Shown one piece after another: positions 41,831-54,604 of a stretch of DNA of 64,000 bases (its first letter is position 1; every line of letters begins with the position of its first letter). Position numbers and translations under genes: made by a program. The notes under the pieces are model-generated. The model was not told where the DNA came from and did no database searches. It saw only the letters and a list, made by a program, of their open reading frames with translations. The stretch comes from Tubulanus polymorphus (taxonomy: Eukaryota > Animalia > Nemertea): positions 16,417,807 through 16,481,806 of the forward strand of contig NC_134031.1 in assembly GCF_964204645.1 (NCBI RefSeq), read 5' to 3'.

Positions 41831-43568
41831 TCACATTTGTCCACATTGACTAATTATAACTGGTAATTTTGGTCTATTGTTCGATCCGGTTGGTACGTTT
41901 TCTATCTTGCGCAATACTAATAGTCCATCGACGACTTGACCTACAAAAGATGAAAATCAACTCAAGCAGATATTCTTCTAAAGAGCGCAAGCATCAATTC
42001 GGTCGTTTTTCCATTTCCAAATATTGAGTGACTACGTACCGAAAACAACGTGTTTATTATCGAGGAATTCGCACTTCGCGCACGTGATGAAAAACTGACA
42101 ACCGTTTGAATCTTTTCCGCTGTTTGCCTGAAATGATGTTAAATTCGATATGAGACGATTTAAGGAAGAGCAGTTATCCAATTCCATCCTGCAAACTACT
42201 TAATCCGTGTGATTGAGATATGTTGCAATGCTCTGAACATATAGTTGATACAGATAAATTGAAATTTGAAAGAAGTGAGATAGGTGCATAGTGGAATTGT
42301 CACATTTTTCACTGCCTATAAAAAACCTTAATTTTTCACATACAAATTTTGAAAATATCAAAGCAGGTCCCAAGAGATAAATCATTCCTGGATATAAGGA
42401 GTTTTAAAGGTAAGTTCCAAATAGACTCCTCCTTGTTTAGTGTTCTGGAAGCAAAATTTAGTTAAATTTGACAAATTTAGTAAATTTTCAATATTTTTCA
42501 CAGAAGTTTGCTTCGAAATTTCTCGCATTTTTTCCATCGATCTCACCCCTGCCCTGGTTTAAAACATACCATAGAAAGCAATCCAGTGCTGTCGTGTTTC
42601 CGTTTGAAATTTTCATCGGCGAAAGGTCCACCGTAAATACTCGTTACGCCAGTTCCATCACCCTGAAATAAACAATCGGTTTCTACAAGAACGCGATTGC
42701 AGCTAGAATTTATAACCAGAGAAATCAGGATTAATACTTACACGAACAAAATCACCACCTTGCACCATGAAATCTTTGATAATTCTGAAAAGAAGGTTTG
42801 TGAAAATTGCAGATCGTGAAACTAAACAGTAGCTCAGGATTGACGTGTTGCATTCACTATCACTATCATCAGTGCGGGATTGAGTCCTGCTGGCTGCTTA
42901 CAGCATGCGGACAATACTTTAAAGGCTGTCCTCACCGCTGTGAGCTCAAATGAACGACGAAATAGGATTGGTCTCGAGAAATAAAAAATCCGAATAAATC
43001 TGTAAAGCTAGATCAACTTAAAAACCAGGCAGGTTACTGTTTAATGTCTGGATGAATTTAATTCATTCATTACCTGTGAAATGTAGAACCTTTGTATCCG
43101 ATAGGGACTCCATCTCTCCTATATTCACCCGTACATAACTGCCTGAAATACGAAATTCACATTTTAGCTTCAAAAAATTACAAAAAAATTGAGCGGGGGA
43201 CAAAAATTCGAGTCTGCAATTGAATTTCACAGATTTTTTCTACCTGATATTCTCCGCTGTTTTTGGTACAATATCTGCGAACAGTTCAAATTTTATACGA
43301 CCTACATCCTGAAAAAAATGACACTTTTAAGGGCCCTTTCATTTGTTACATTTTATGGTGCTGCCATCTGCCGGTTGGAAATAAGTTCCACGATTAAACC
43401 CTCATTTTCTCACTGAAAACGAAACTTGCACTACTAGAAACACTGAAATATTTTGTCTATATTATAACCACAATGTGCATAATAAATAGATAATCTATTC
43501 ACCTGTCCACCGATAGTAATATCGAAAAATACGATCGGATTATCGTTTTTCACTTCATCACCCGCCAT
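41831..43568 (-). CDS. PPIH: Cyclophilin H (U4/U6 snRNP peptidyl-prolyl isomerase), 177 aa
   Basis: Exons 43568-43503, 43308-43244, 43142-43074, 42784-42742, 42662-42570, 42127-42040, 41940-41831 give ..[83 protein letters not shown]. The [10 protein letters not shown] loop and the C-terminus are diagnostic of PPIH. Confidence 0.96.
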
Positions 43569-45320
43569 GTTGAATCGGTTGAGGTTATTTCCCACACACC
43601 GCAAATCGATATGGGATGGGTTCGAATCCACAAATTAAATGTAATTCCTTTTTTTATTTGAGCTGTCAATTAAAGACTATAGGTTTTCGATGGAAAGTAA
43701 TTCATCGCTGTGATAGGATTTATCATTTCCAACTTAATAAAATTATATTTAAAAGATTATTTGAAATATGTATTCAGCCCGTGGCTATTAAGTTTGACAG
43801 GAGGCAAGGTAACAAAATTTTTCTATATTTTTGATATTTATCGCCAAAATTAACAGCTTAAAATGAAGTTTGGACTGATTTTTTTTAACTTCTATGTTAT
43901 GTTCATAATAGCTGGTATAGTTTAGTTCATATTTGAAGTGCCTCAAACGTAATAAACGGTGTCAAAACACGCTGAAAATTGTAAGTCGTATACCAATTCA
44001 AATACAGTTTATTCAACTGTAACTGAGATGAGTAGAGGTAATTAAAACATCAGGATCGAAAGAATTGACATTCTAAACCTAAAATGTTGTCTGTATGTGC
44101 GTGGGGTGTTCATTGAGTTTAGTTTTTTTTTGTAAATCAGAAAAAAAGGTATTTTTATTTCAGAAATTATCAATTTTCAAACAGGTTTTTTAGCAATCTT
44201 AGTACTTCCCCCTACTATTATAAAATTTAGGGTACTATTTTTGTGAGTTGATATTGATTCTGAGAATACAAAAACCAAAAATATATTTTGAAATCCCTAT
44301 AAATTCCTTTTATAGTAATGACTGAGAGTGAGTATAAACTGCTTTTAATCAGTTGAATAGAATGACGTAGATAACTTACTCAGTACTGTCACTACAATGC
44401 ATTGTCTATTGACACTGCTTACAATAGATCTATTGGGTTTGTTTATTCGTTCAATGCTCTGCTGTCGTGAAGAAATCATTTCCAGAAATAAATTCCCCCA
44501 TGAAAACAGAACCAAAATATTATTTTCGCGTAGTCAGTGAATTGAATAATAGATATGGGTGTTTACGAGATTGCGCATTCCTAAAACATCAGTGAACTAT
44601 TTCAGTCAGGATTTCATTACTAAACGGAAGTTATCTTTGGAATGAAGTCAATAGGTAATTAAGCCTGGGTCCAGATTTACGAAAGATTTATACTCAAAAT
44701 TTTCGTTTACTAGCTGTTTGTCTCTTCATTCTTTCAATGAGGACTCACTTCAAACTTAACTGTTGTAAGTTTAAGGTTTCTATAAAATTGGTCAGAGGGG
44801 CCAGTTTCTCATAGGCCTACTATGATATCACAATGGGCCAGTTGCTCAAAATATGGTAAAACATAACTGGTGGATTAATAGACCATAGTAATAGGTTTTT
44901 TGATTGTCACTATGTCAACTATCCACTGGTTAACTCTAACCAACCTTTGAGCAACTGGCCCAAAGGCAATATTGTTTAAGTCATCAAAAATGAGAGGGTT
45001 GCTGATGATCGTCATTTTGTTTTCTGACATCAGCCCCTGTTGATTAACGTAGGTTTAAGAAAATTAATTGAGACTTTTACATTTCAGAATTTTGTGATGT
45101 CATCATATTCCGATGCATTTGATTCCGATGAACCATTCCTGCAACCGAAGTACGAATAATTTACCGAAAATAGTATTTATTGCTGAACTTTCCGACTATT
45201 TTCACGATTGAATTGTTAAGTGCCTAAAATTGATGTTTTTGAAAATGCTTTTTTAGAGTAACAGATTCCCGTCCGGTACAACGTTCAAGTTTATCTAATA
45301 TTCCGTCCTCGTTCTCCACC

Positions 45321-48300
45321 ATGTCTGGAAAACTGTCCACTATAGCATTTGAAGGAGAATTGAACTCCATAATCAAAGAGGTAAGTTTAAAATTTGAGAG
45401 AATTGAATCTATGAAAAAAAATCTTAAGGTGATCAGTTGAGTTGTTATCCCGCAAATTCGGTATGCACAAGAATTTATGTTTTTAAGTGAGAATTCGGAT
45501 AAAGCAGGTTTCGATTGGTTTCTACTGATTCTGAAATGCCGGTTTCTCTTCTGGCGCATTCATTTCAACCCGAATACGCGCGACCTACCGGTATTTCAGA
45601 ATAACATCATCTGTTAACTTCATATACGCTGATGATGTAGAGTTTTTAATCGGGGATTACTATATTCCTGAGTTAGAACCTCAGGTCAAACCAAATATTC
45701 CAATTCATAGCAGTTTCTTGTTGAGTAAATATATAAACAAAAAGGGCATTTTTCTCGGAAGATGAATATTTGAACTTAAAGACTGAAACATTTGAATTTG
45801 TGTGTTTTATCGTATACAGTACCTACAGCACGGTGATTACATAAAGTCATTGCAAGTATTTGAACAAGAATGCACTAGTCGGGGTAAACCTATCAGCACC
45901 GCTACAAATCGAGTCAAGGCAAATGAAAAATCTCTTTCTACTCAGGTAAGCACGATATGATTTAAAGAAATTAACTTCTTACAGGGTGGCCACTGACCAG
46001 TGAAACCTGGAAAACTTCTTGGTGAAACTAAAAAATCTGGGAAAGTTTTGGCAAACTTTACCAAAAACCTGGAAAACTCAAGTGATTTGTAGAGCAATTC
46101 ACCCGATATATTATGAATCAAGCTATTGATGCAGTATATCTATGATTTATTGTAGAATGAGTTGATCAGGTGTTATCAGTACGGGCTGAGAACGGACTTC
46201 TTTAAGTTGTGGGACAAGAGTTTGCCGCAGAAAATACGCAATGAAGATCCGGTCGCGATGAAACTAGAATTCTACCTCAACATCTACTTCGCGACGTACG
46301 CAGTCAGACAAGGAAGCGAGGTTGTTATAAGTTTACGAATCAAGTCTTCAGGATCTAGTTCCACAGTTGTGAGTTAACGTTAACTCTGAGTTAAAATTAC
46401 TTCATTTTCAATGAGATAACTCTGAGTTAAATTTTAACTCACAACTGTGGAACTAGATCCAGAAAAGTTCTTCTAGAGGCGTGCGCAGATTATTGAGGGC
46501 TGTGTTTTGATATTGTCGGTTTGTTTTTCAGGTGTCCAATGATTACATGAATGATTTTAGAAAGTATATTGAAACCAGAGGAGCCTCGTTGAGTCAAACT
46601 ACCGAATTTCTACCTTATTACGCTTTGCCTTTCGTTCCACAACCGAAAACTCATCCTACATACCGCGAAATCTTTACCGTAAGCTTCGTTCCATTTTCGA
46701 AAGGATTTTCGTTGATTTTGTGATTTATATGAAAAAATCTTGATACCATTTCTGGCGTTGCAGGATTCGTGGGTGATGGAACTGCAAGCTCGTTTGGATA
46801 AGTTTCTATCCCTAGCCCTACAGTCAACTGACCAGCCACGTTTATTCGAATTATATGTATCCTTTACAAAATCTGACGTTTAGATAGAGCTTAGATTATC
46901 CTTATTACTTTCCTTAACCGCTCTTCTATAGAATGGCACGAACAAAGGTAAGATATTTCTAGATTTCAAGGGAAAATCTTCTCGTTCTTGTCGTTAGAAA
47001 CGATAGTGATTTGTGACTGTTTATTTCATTCCGCAGACGCCCAACAACAGTTCCGCGTTTTACAACAACAAGTCGTAGACGCCGAAAAACGAACGATGCA
47101 GTATTTGAAAAAACACAATAAAGTTCAGGTAAGAGAAAAAAAACGACGACTCACGATTTCTGAAATAGCGAAAAAATGTTTTCGAATGCATTTATGAAGA
47201 TTAATTCTATGTTCGTTAGGCCGATTATCATCATTTGATCGGAATAACGGCTGAGCTGGTGGATACGTTAGAAGCCACAGTGCAAGGCAAACCGGTATTT
47301 ATGATGGAAATATTTGAATAATTTGTTAATTCAACTGCCTAATTCTGTACCAGTGTGGTTGGTGAATACCTGGTAGTTGTAAATTGCACTTTCTATAAAT
47401 AAAAAGGATTAATGTTTAAAATTGTTGAATCAAAAATAGGCTGTAGTAAAATAGTGATGATTGTATGCATGAAATACTTGGCATCTTGCTGATAGATTTC
47501 ACCTATTTTGTAGATAACTGCGGAATATTTGCAGCTGGTATGTTCGCGGTTATTCTCGAGCCAGCACGCTCAGATGGCGCAGTCTTTGGATCTGAGTCGA
47601 CCGGGTACTGCCGGTGAGGCTCTACGTCAGTCTATCGCTCCTCAAAAGTAAGTATAAATAACAAGCTGTCGGTCCAAAAATCGCTTCATATTCCTCAATC
47701 AAACGATACAATCATTCGCTTTCCTATATACCTATTTGCTCACTTCGAAAATCTCGATGATTTTTCAAAAGAATCTGCTTTCCATTCCTCGTAACGATTA
47801 TACTGAAATTATTCACTCATTGCGGCATTTTCTTTCTTTTCGCACTTCGTTTTGTTTTCGTTCGTTTATCATCGCTTTCCGTTTGAAAGTGATGACTCGT
47901 CGATCGCGCCGTCTGCTCAATCGGCTCCCGCGTGTCTCGATCGCGTACAGCGGCAGACGATGCTTGCCGCTGCTGCTGAAGCAGATATTCTATCGTTGTC
48001 GATGTTTGACGACGTGGATGATAGTGAAGATAGCGCCGATGAAGATTATTATTCGAGGTATTATTCGAGCATGTCGACTGATGCACGTACGTCTGCCGGT
48101 TTTAGGAATGCATGTTACCAGTAGCAACCGGTGTATTGTTCCTGTCTTTCTCTCTCTGTTCAGTATTGGTAGTCGCCCCCCTGATTTCCTCAGTCATCTA
48201 GTACTTTCAGGTCCCGGTGCAGGTTGAGCAATTAGCAAAAAGATTCTTTTTTCATCTTCCCGGTTCTGCATTCTGAAATGTTTTGGGGGTATGTTTTACG

Positions 48301-51300
48301 AATTGCCCAACCTGTTCATACAGGCCGAAGAATGTTTTACTTATAGTTCATAAGCTTTTTTAATGAAATGCTAGTATAAGTTAAGCTTGGATTCAGAAAA
48401 TTACCTAGAAAATCTTACGATTACCCGATGTGTACCAGTGGTTGGTAAATAGTCATAATTTGCACTTTAGATTATTAGACCTTGGATATATATGGACATA
48501 TGTTTAAAAGTTTTGAATGAAGAAATAGGCGATGATAACATAGGAATGCATGCATAAGATAGTTAGCATGTTGCTACTTATTGAAGTTTAACTACAGGCA
48601 ACAACATTTTTGAAATTTATGTTCAAGTTTTCAATTTTATAGGAATTTTCATAGATGTTTAGATGGGTACAGTTGTTATTTGTATTAATGGTTAAATTTG
48701 TCTTGTTTGTCATTATGGAATGTTGAATTAAATATAGTTTATGTGTACTGGTAAAGTATCTGTAGATATAAATATCTGAATGTTTGGTTGTGGTCTGTTA
48801 TAGATTTTTTGCATGTTTTGATACATAAATCTGAGTATGTGTATAAAGCTAATTTTTCAATGCGCATAGTTTCAGTTCAAACTCACCGAAGATGCTGTTC
48901 AATCTCCTTTCAGACACAAACGTTCGAAAACTCCGTCCCAAATCGCGCCGTTAGACTTCGAGAAAGTGAAGAAAGATCTGGCTACAGCCCCGGATAGAAA
49001 CCGCACCTTATTACTCCAAGCGCTGCGATGGGTAGGTCTTTATCGCTAACTTTTAACGATTTTAATCTTTGTTTTTGATGCTATAAGATTTTCTTTCGCT
49101 ATATTTGATATCTAGCGATTGACGCGAGCCACGTCCAGTGATATAAGGGTTGGAGTATTGTCTGCATACATCACCAATGACCTTCTCGGTTGCTCGAAGG
49201 TCGGGGAGCATCGGGTTAGTTATGATTTTGATATATAATCTGCTCAAAAATTTTGTACAATCATTTATGTGGAATACATGCGTTTTTGGTATTTCAGCAA
49301 GCTGTGCTCGAGATGTTATCTTCTCCCAGCGATATTGTCAAGGAATATATTGCCAGATTATTCAATGCATTTGCCTCCTTAAATCAAGGTATTTTATACA
49401 TATAAGATTACTGTGCCATTTCCAGTGCCTTAAACGTGTCATTGAAAAAATTTGAATTCTCTATGTTCATTAGGTCGTTCGTACTTATCATTGAACTCCG
49501 ATCTACTCAAGGCTCTAATGGATAATCTGCGTGCGGAAACTAAAGATTCCCTGACTCGTGAAAACATACTCGGTGCTCTACAAAAACTTAGTCTCAGGTC
49601 AGCACCTTAACTACATTAAGATTTAAAAATCTATTTTAATTTTTAAAAACTTTATTTTCTGCTGTGACAACATAGAATTTGGTTTACAAAATAAAATATT
49701 CTAATTCAATGAAAATCCTTCCTAAGACTGTGAATAATGATTTCCGATGTTTCGTTTGTGGCAGCTTGACGAAAATCATCTAGACTGGTTTTGTGCAATC
49801 GTTGTTTTTGTATTTCACAGACGTAACTTACAATCAGCTATGATTGAAGAGGGTATCATTCGATGGTTAGTCGATGTGTTGGAAGATAACGATTCATTAT
49901 CCGACTATACGCTGGAATATTCCGTAGCTCTGCTTATGAATCTATGTCTGCGATCGTCCGGTACGTAAATCTCCGATCTAATCGTGTTTTATTACCAGTA
50001 AATTCTCATCTGCTGTATTAGTAAGTTACATCGTTGGTGGTAAGCTTTTATAATTGGATGGGCTTATGTGGTTTGTGAAAATATCCGATCGTGAAACTAA
50101 ACCACAGACAGGCTACTGACTACAGCCGTTTATAATGCGAGGTATTTTCTGCGTTTAATCAGGCAAGAAAAGTTGTGTGGAAATATCGCAGAAGATCTTA
50201 AAAACTTTGAGCGATTTACTTGGCCATGAAAACCATGAGATATTGCCGTACGTAAACGGCACGCTGTATAGTATACTGGCTATCGGGTCGATCAGGGAGG
50301 ACGCCAAAGCCATGGTGAGTTTTCCTCTAGCAAATATGTGGTAGATAGAGAAATTTATAAAATGAGGAATTCATGCTTGAATCGCATTCTGAACTCGCAG
50401 GGAATGGAAGAAATATTGAGATGTTTTATCAAGGACGGTCAACCGGATATGAATAGACAACTGGAATTTATCATCAAACAACTCAACTCGGGTAAAAAAC
50501 TTAACTAAGTTATAGGCCTATGTGTATTTTGTTTCTGGCTTGCCCCTCAACAACGTCACTTGGTACCACAGTCAAACCCATTTCATTTAGATCTAATCCA
50601 TTTGTTATTTACAGTCCACCTTTAAGATAAATGTCTGTCAAATATGATGTTCAATCTAGTAAACTGAATTATTTCACCGGTACTAAATGATCCGAATCAA
50701 TCGGGTTTGACTGGATCTGGGATCTGGATCATGTTTTAACCAATCGTCATTTACCATTCCTGATTGAAAACCCTCGGATCAAAATCCTCATTGATCACTC
50801 ATCAATGACCATTCCTCATTTAAAACCCTCATTCACAGGTGAGAATCCTGACGATACTCCCTCTGATGACGAAGAGGAAGATGAAGATGAAGAAGATCAG
50901 GACGCGATGGAAGCCGATCTCGATAAAGCCGAAGCGTTGAAACCGATGAACGCCGAACTGAGCGGCGAAAATTTACTGTCGTCTCAATATCCGGCGTCTG
51001 CCGCTCCGCAATCGGCTCGCAGACGACGCGCCGCCGACCTGTCGACTGATGAACCGTTACAGCGACCGGTTACGCCTGGAATACGTAAACAAACGGAACC
51101 GTACGCATCTTTGTGAGTACGCCGAACACCTTTCAGATTTAAACCGATATTCTAGATTTATTCGCGTTAAATGACTCTGTTGTCCCGCGCACGGTTTTAG
51201 GAGTGCGTCACGAGCGATTGAACGCCCCCCGACTCGAAGCGGTAGTCGACCGAACACTTCCGATGAAACTAAATCAACCGGTTAGTATAAAGCTTTCTTT

Positions 51301-53699
51301 TGCTCCACAACAAAAATACATTTCATTCAAAACTGAAGAAGAAGAAATGTAGCTAAAATTTTCAAACGGAATGAATCTCAAATGTTTCTCACTCTCTCGT
51401 TTTGTTGGTTCGTTTTATTATCGTTTGCTCCTGTTTTATTTCGCCGTTGTTCGATTAGAACGTTATTCGCAAAGAAGAGCGAGTCTTCCCGGATCGTCAA
51501 CGAAGATCCCGCGTTCTACAGGTTGATTTTCCTATCATTCGATTATTAGCCGATAACACCATAGCAGAATCAGCTTCAGTATTGCTGTAGTGTAGTTTGT
51601 AGCTACTTCTTTTTGCTATGAATTAGTTTTCTATTAATTTCATTGTATCAGCCGCTAGGGCGGGTCGGAACATGGCATGGCACTAAAAACTATTGACGTT
51701 GGATCATTTATCAACACATGAAAAAATGCACATGTATTGTATACATAATCAAAGTAATGATACTTTACATTTATACCTGGTATATGGCTAACACATTTTA
51801 ATCTGTACTTTGTATTCTATATTCTATACTATTTATGCTACATAGAACTTAGAAGCATCTTCTTCTATCTTCTGTTTGATGTAATGTAATCTTTATTTCA
51901 TCAACAACGAAATTTTAATGATTTTGTACATACAAAATATATAATATCAATGTGTAAAATCAAAACTCTCTTGATTACTTGATTAGTGGCCAAACCAAGT
52001 TAACAGTAGTACAATGTAACTTATATTTGTGTTTTTGACTTTTTCAGATGGAACTGGAAGAAGAGGTAGCATGCAGCTGAATAATTCGGAGAAACAGCAG
52101 AATCCTGAGTAAGTAAATAGAAGATAACCTCTTACATGGACAAGAGTAGCTATGTGGGGATTCATGGGTTAACCCTTTCGCTACGTGTGACGTTTTGGAA
52201 ACGTCATATGAGTGACACTTGCTGTGCGTATGACGTTGTAGAAACGTCATGCACCTATTGATTTATAACTCGAACGCGTACACAGCAAACAGTATGGAAA
52301 CGCATGTAAGACAAGATAGTTAGCTTTCTAAACAACAGATGGCGAAAATGCGTCAGTAGTTGGTGCTGTCAGCCTGTTGAGCACATGGTAATTTGCGCGG
52401 GATTGAGATGGCTCCCCACTTACGTACCTCTACCAGCGGAAAAGGATATCCCATATCAATTGAATTTCTTTCATCCACACCGTAGCATCAATCACCAAAG
52501 ACTGAGATAGGCACTTGGGTGAAAAACTGAAAAAAAAAAATTTTTAACCCATCCTGACCCCCCCCCCCCAACACGCCCCCCCTACAGAAAAGGCTGTTGG
52601 TATGATTTTTTACTGATTTTCACTAAATAACATCATAATCTTCGATAAAAACGCGAAAAATCGGGGTTAAAAACAATTTGAAAAAAATCGAATTTTTCGG
52701 AAAATACCTTACGTAGGGGGCGGTGCAAGCGTGTACGCAGCGAAAGGGTTAAAGGAATCATATTTTCAAAACATGCGATCTAACACAAGAAGAGATAGTT
52801 GATATTTTTTGCATTAAGTCAGATGTATTCAGTGAATAATTTGATTTTCTGCAGCAGTGATTTTGAGTATGCGTTTAAATCACGCCCGAGGATTGCGTAT
52901 TCTCCTTGACAGTGAGTAATATCACTGTTTGCATGCTATATATACAACGTCTGTTCATTGTTTTTGATGAAACTACCTAGTTACGTGTCTGGTACATGCC
53001 TTTCCACTGTATGTGGCTCGGTTGTAGATTTGGAGGGTGTTAGGATTTTGGAAAATTGTCTCAGTGGGTCGATAACTTTTGAACGTAGTTTTCCCCAGCA
53101 TGCATAGTTTGTTTTTATGATGTCTTGAGATGTGGAGTAATGTTTTGGGACAAAATCATATGTTTATTCCCGGATGTTCTTGACATTGTTTATTGATTGA
53201 AGCAAGTTTGACTATCTAAGATGATCGCCGTCTCATGAAATTGTTTGATTCATTTCAGGAATAAGGACTACACTACAGCGTTCAGTTCGCGTCCGAAGAT
53301 ACCGCGAACACCGGATCTTACCGGCCGTCCGACCAGTCGAGGTGGAATCACCGATATCGCTCCACCGCCGACGTTCTCTGATTCATTGCCCCGTTCACGT
53401 CCGGGATCCGGCTCGGGCAGGAACGTACAAAGTTAGTGGAAATAATAATATGTGAGGACATATTATTTATTACCTTTTCATTTAGAAATTTGTGAAGTTT
53501 TTGAGGAAACTTATTATTTTGAACATTTGTGTAAAGCAAACTATTCTACATTTGTCTATTTGAAAATTAAGATTCAGATCCTTTAATTTTACTTTCGATT
53601 TTTCAATTCAACTGCATTCATATCAATTTTGTTTTAGATTCGAGAAGCCCTCAAGGATCGCGTCCAAATTCAGCGCAGAAACCGTCCAAAGTTCGGTGA
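45321..53699 (+). CDS. ARMC9: LisH domain-containing protein ARMC9
   Basis: Exons 45321-45380, 45820-45945, 46156-46320, 46532-46678, 46764-46856, 46932-46947, 47037-47128, 47220-47294, 47514-47647, [47890-48057], 48914-49031, 49116-49214, 49298-49388, 49474-49597, 49821-49960, 50163-50314, 50401-50491, 50839-51112, 51201-51280, [51459-51521], 52048-52108, [52855-52911], 53259-53431, 53638-53699. Motifs [47 protein letters not shown] and [11 protein letters not shown] match recalled human ARMC9; the 3' exons are less certain. Confidence 0.95.
46351..46460. mobile_element. MITE family B (TIR GGATCTAGTTCCACAGTTGTGAGTTAA)
   Basis: Perfect 27-bp inverted repeat; diverged relatives at ~60274-60387, ~61583-61696 and ~62893-63006. 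Confidence 0.85.
46857..46931 (+). other. U12-type GT-AG intron of ARMC9 (75 nt)
   Basis: 5' splice site GTATCCTTT; consensus branch point TTTCCTTAAC at 46909-46918; TAG at 46929-46931. Confidence 0.92.
50569..50713. mobile_element. Tc1/mariner-like MITE (CAGTCAAACCC / GGGTTTGACTG)
   Basis: 11-bp perfect TIR beginning CAGT. Confidence 0.65.
52173..52748. mobile_element. Non-autonomous piggyBac-like element
   Basis: TTAA target site on both sides (52169-72 and 52749-52); TIR CCCTTTCGCT / AGCGAAAGGG. Confidence 0.85.
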
Positions 53700-54604
53700 T
53701 TTTAGTCATCTGCATTGTCCTCCAAGTTCTGCCATTTTGTACGAATGGAAATTTAATATGCTGTCTAGGTTGTATAGAAAGGGAAAGACCCCACTTTTAG
53801 ACTTTTCACTTGTTCCATCCACATTGTGTGTCGAAAAATTAGTTTCAGATAAGTCAGCAATGCATCGTAGTCACGTATTGCTGTACTGGTTTTGGTAGAA
53901 CTAGAACTAAATTACTATAAATGTGGTATTGTTACTTATTTATATATATTTTATTGAAAAAAGATGATACTCTTCATTAATTGCTGCATAAAGTTGTGTA
54001 TCAGTTAACGTTTAACCAAAATGTTTTAAGATTCTTAAGATGTATTAGGTCCTTGTCAATATATATTCATGTGTAAAACATGTAAATTCTTAGTGACTTG
54101 TGATCGATAAATTTGTTTCTCCCAAAAGTAGATGTTCACTATATATAAATATTATACGAAATACTTTTATGTACTTGATTGATAGTAATTTGTAATGTTT
54201 GTCAAGTTACTGTTAATAAATGCTATGAATTTTAAATTCTCGGGTTTTTCGGATTTTAAGGATTAGTTAGATTTTGGTTCGTATTTCGGTAGATGAGATC
54301 CTTCCGACGTTTCGCGACTAGCTTAATAAATGCTATGAATTTTGAATTCTCGGGATAGTTTTTCTTAGAATAATGTTTTCGGGTTCGATCTAATGTAAAT
54401 CATATCTAGAGTAAATGAGATATTTTCGATGTTTCGCGACTAGCTTAAATCAGTCTGGTTTCTGCTAAACGCTGGATCTAGTACCTGCCACGCTCTTATC
54501 TTTCGAGTGATTGGCTTACCGCGCCCTATCTACGGATACCTTAGTTTGCGACACTTCCGTTCTACTTCCGGGTTGATGAAAAAATAAAAATTGATGCAGT
54601 AGTT

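Noticed and set aside
42826-42941. Possible C/D snoRNA on the minus strand of PPIH intron 3 (GTGAGGA..CTGA with a terminal stem)
   Set aside because: No rRNA or snRNA target recognised. The plus strand looks like a decayed tRNA-derived SINE head (TAGCTCAG; T-arm GCGGG-ATTGAGT-CCTGC), and the adjacent 33 bp recur at ~50070, pointing to a dispersed repeat. An Rfam/snoscan search would settle it
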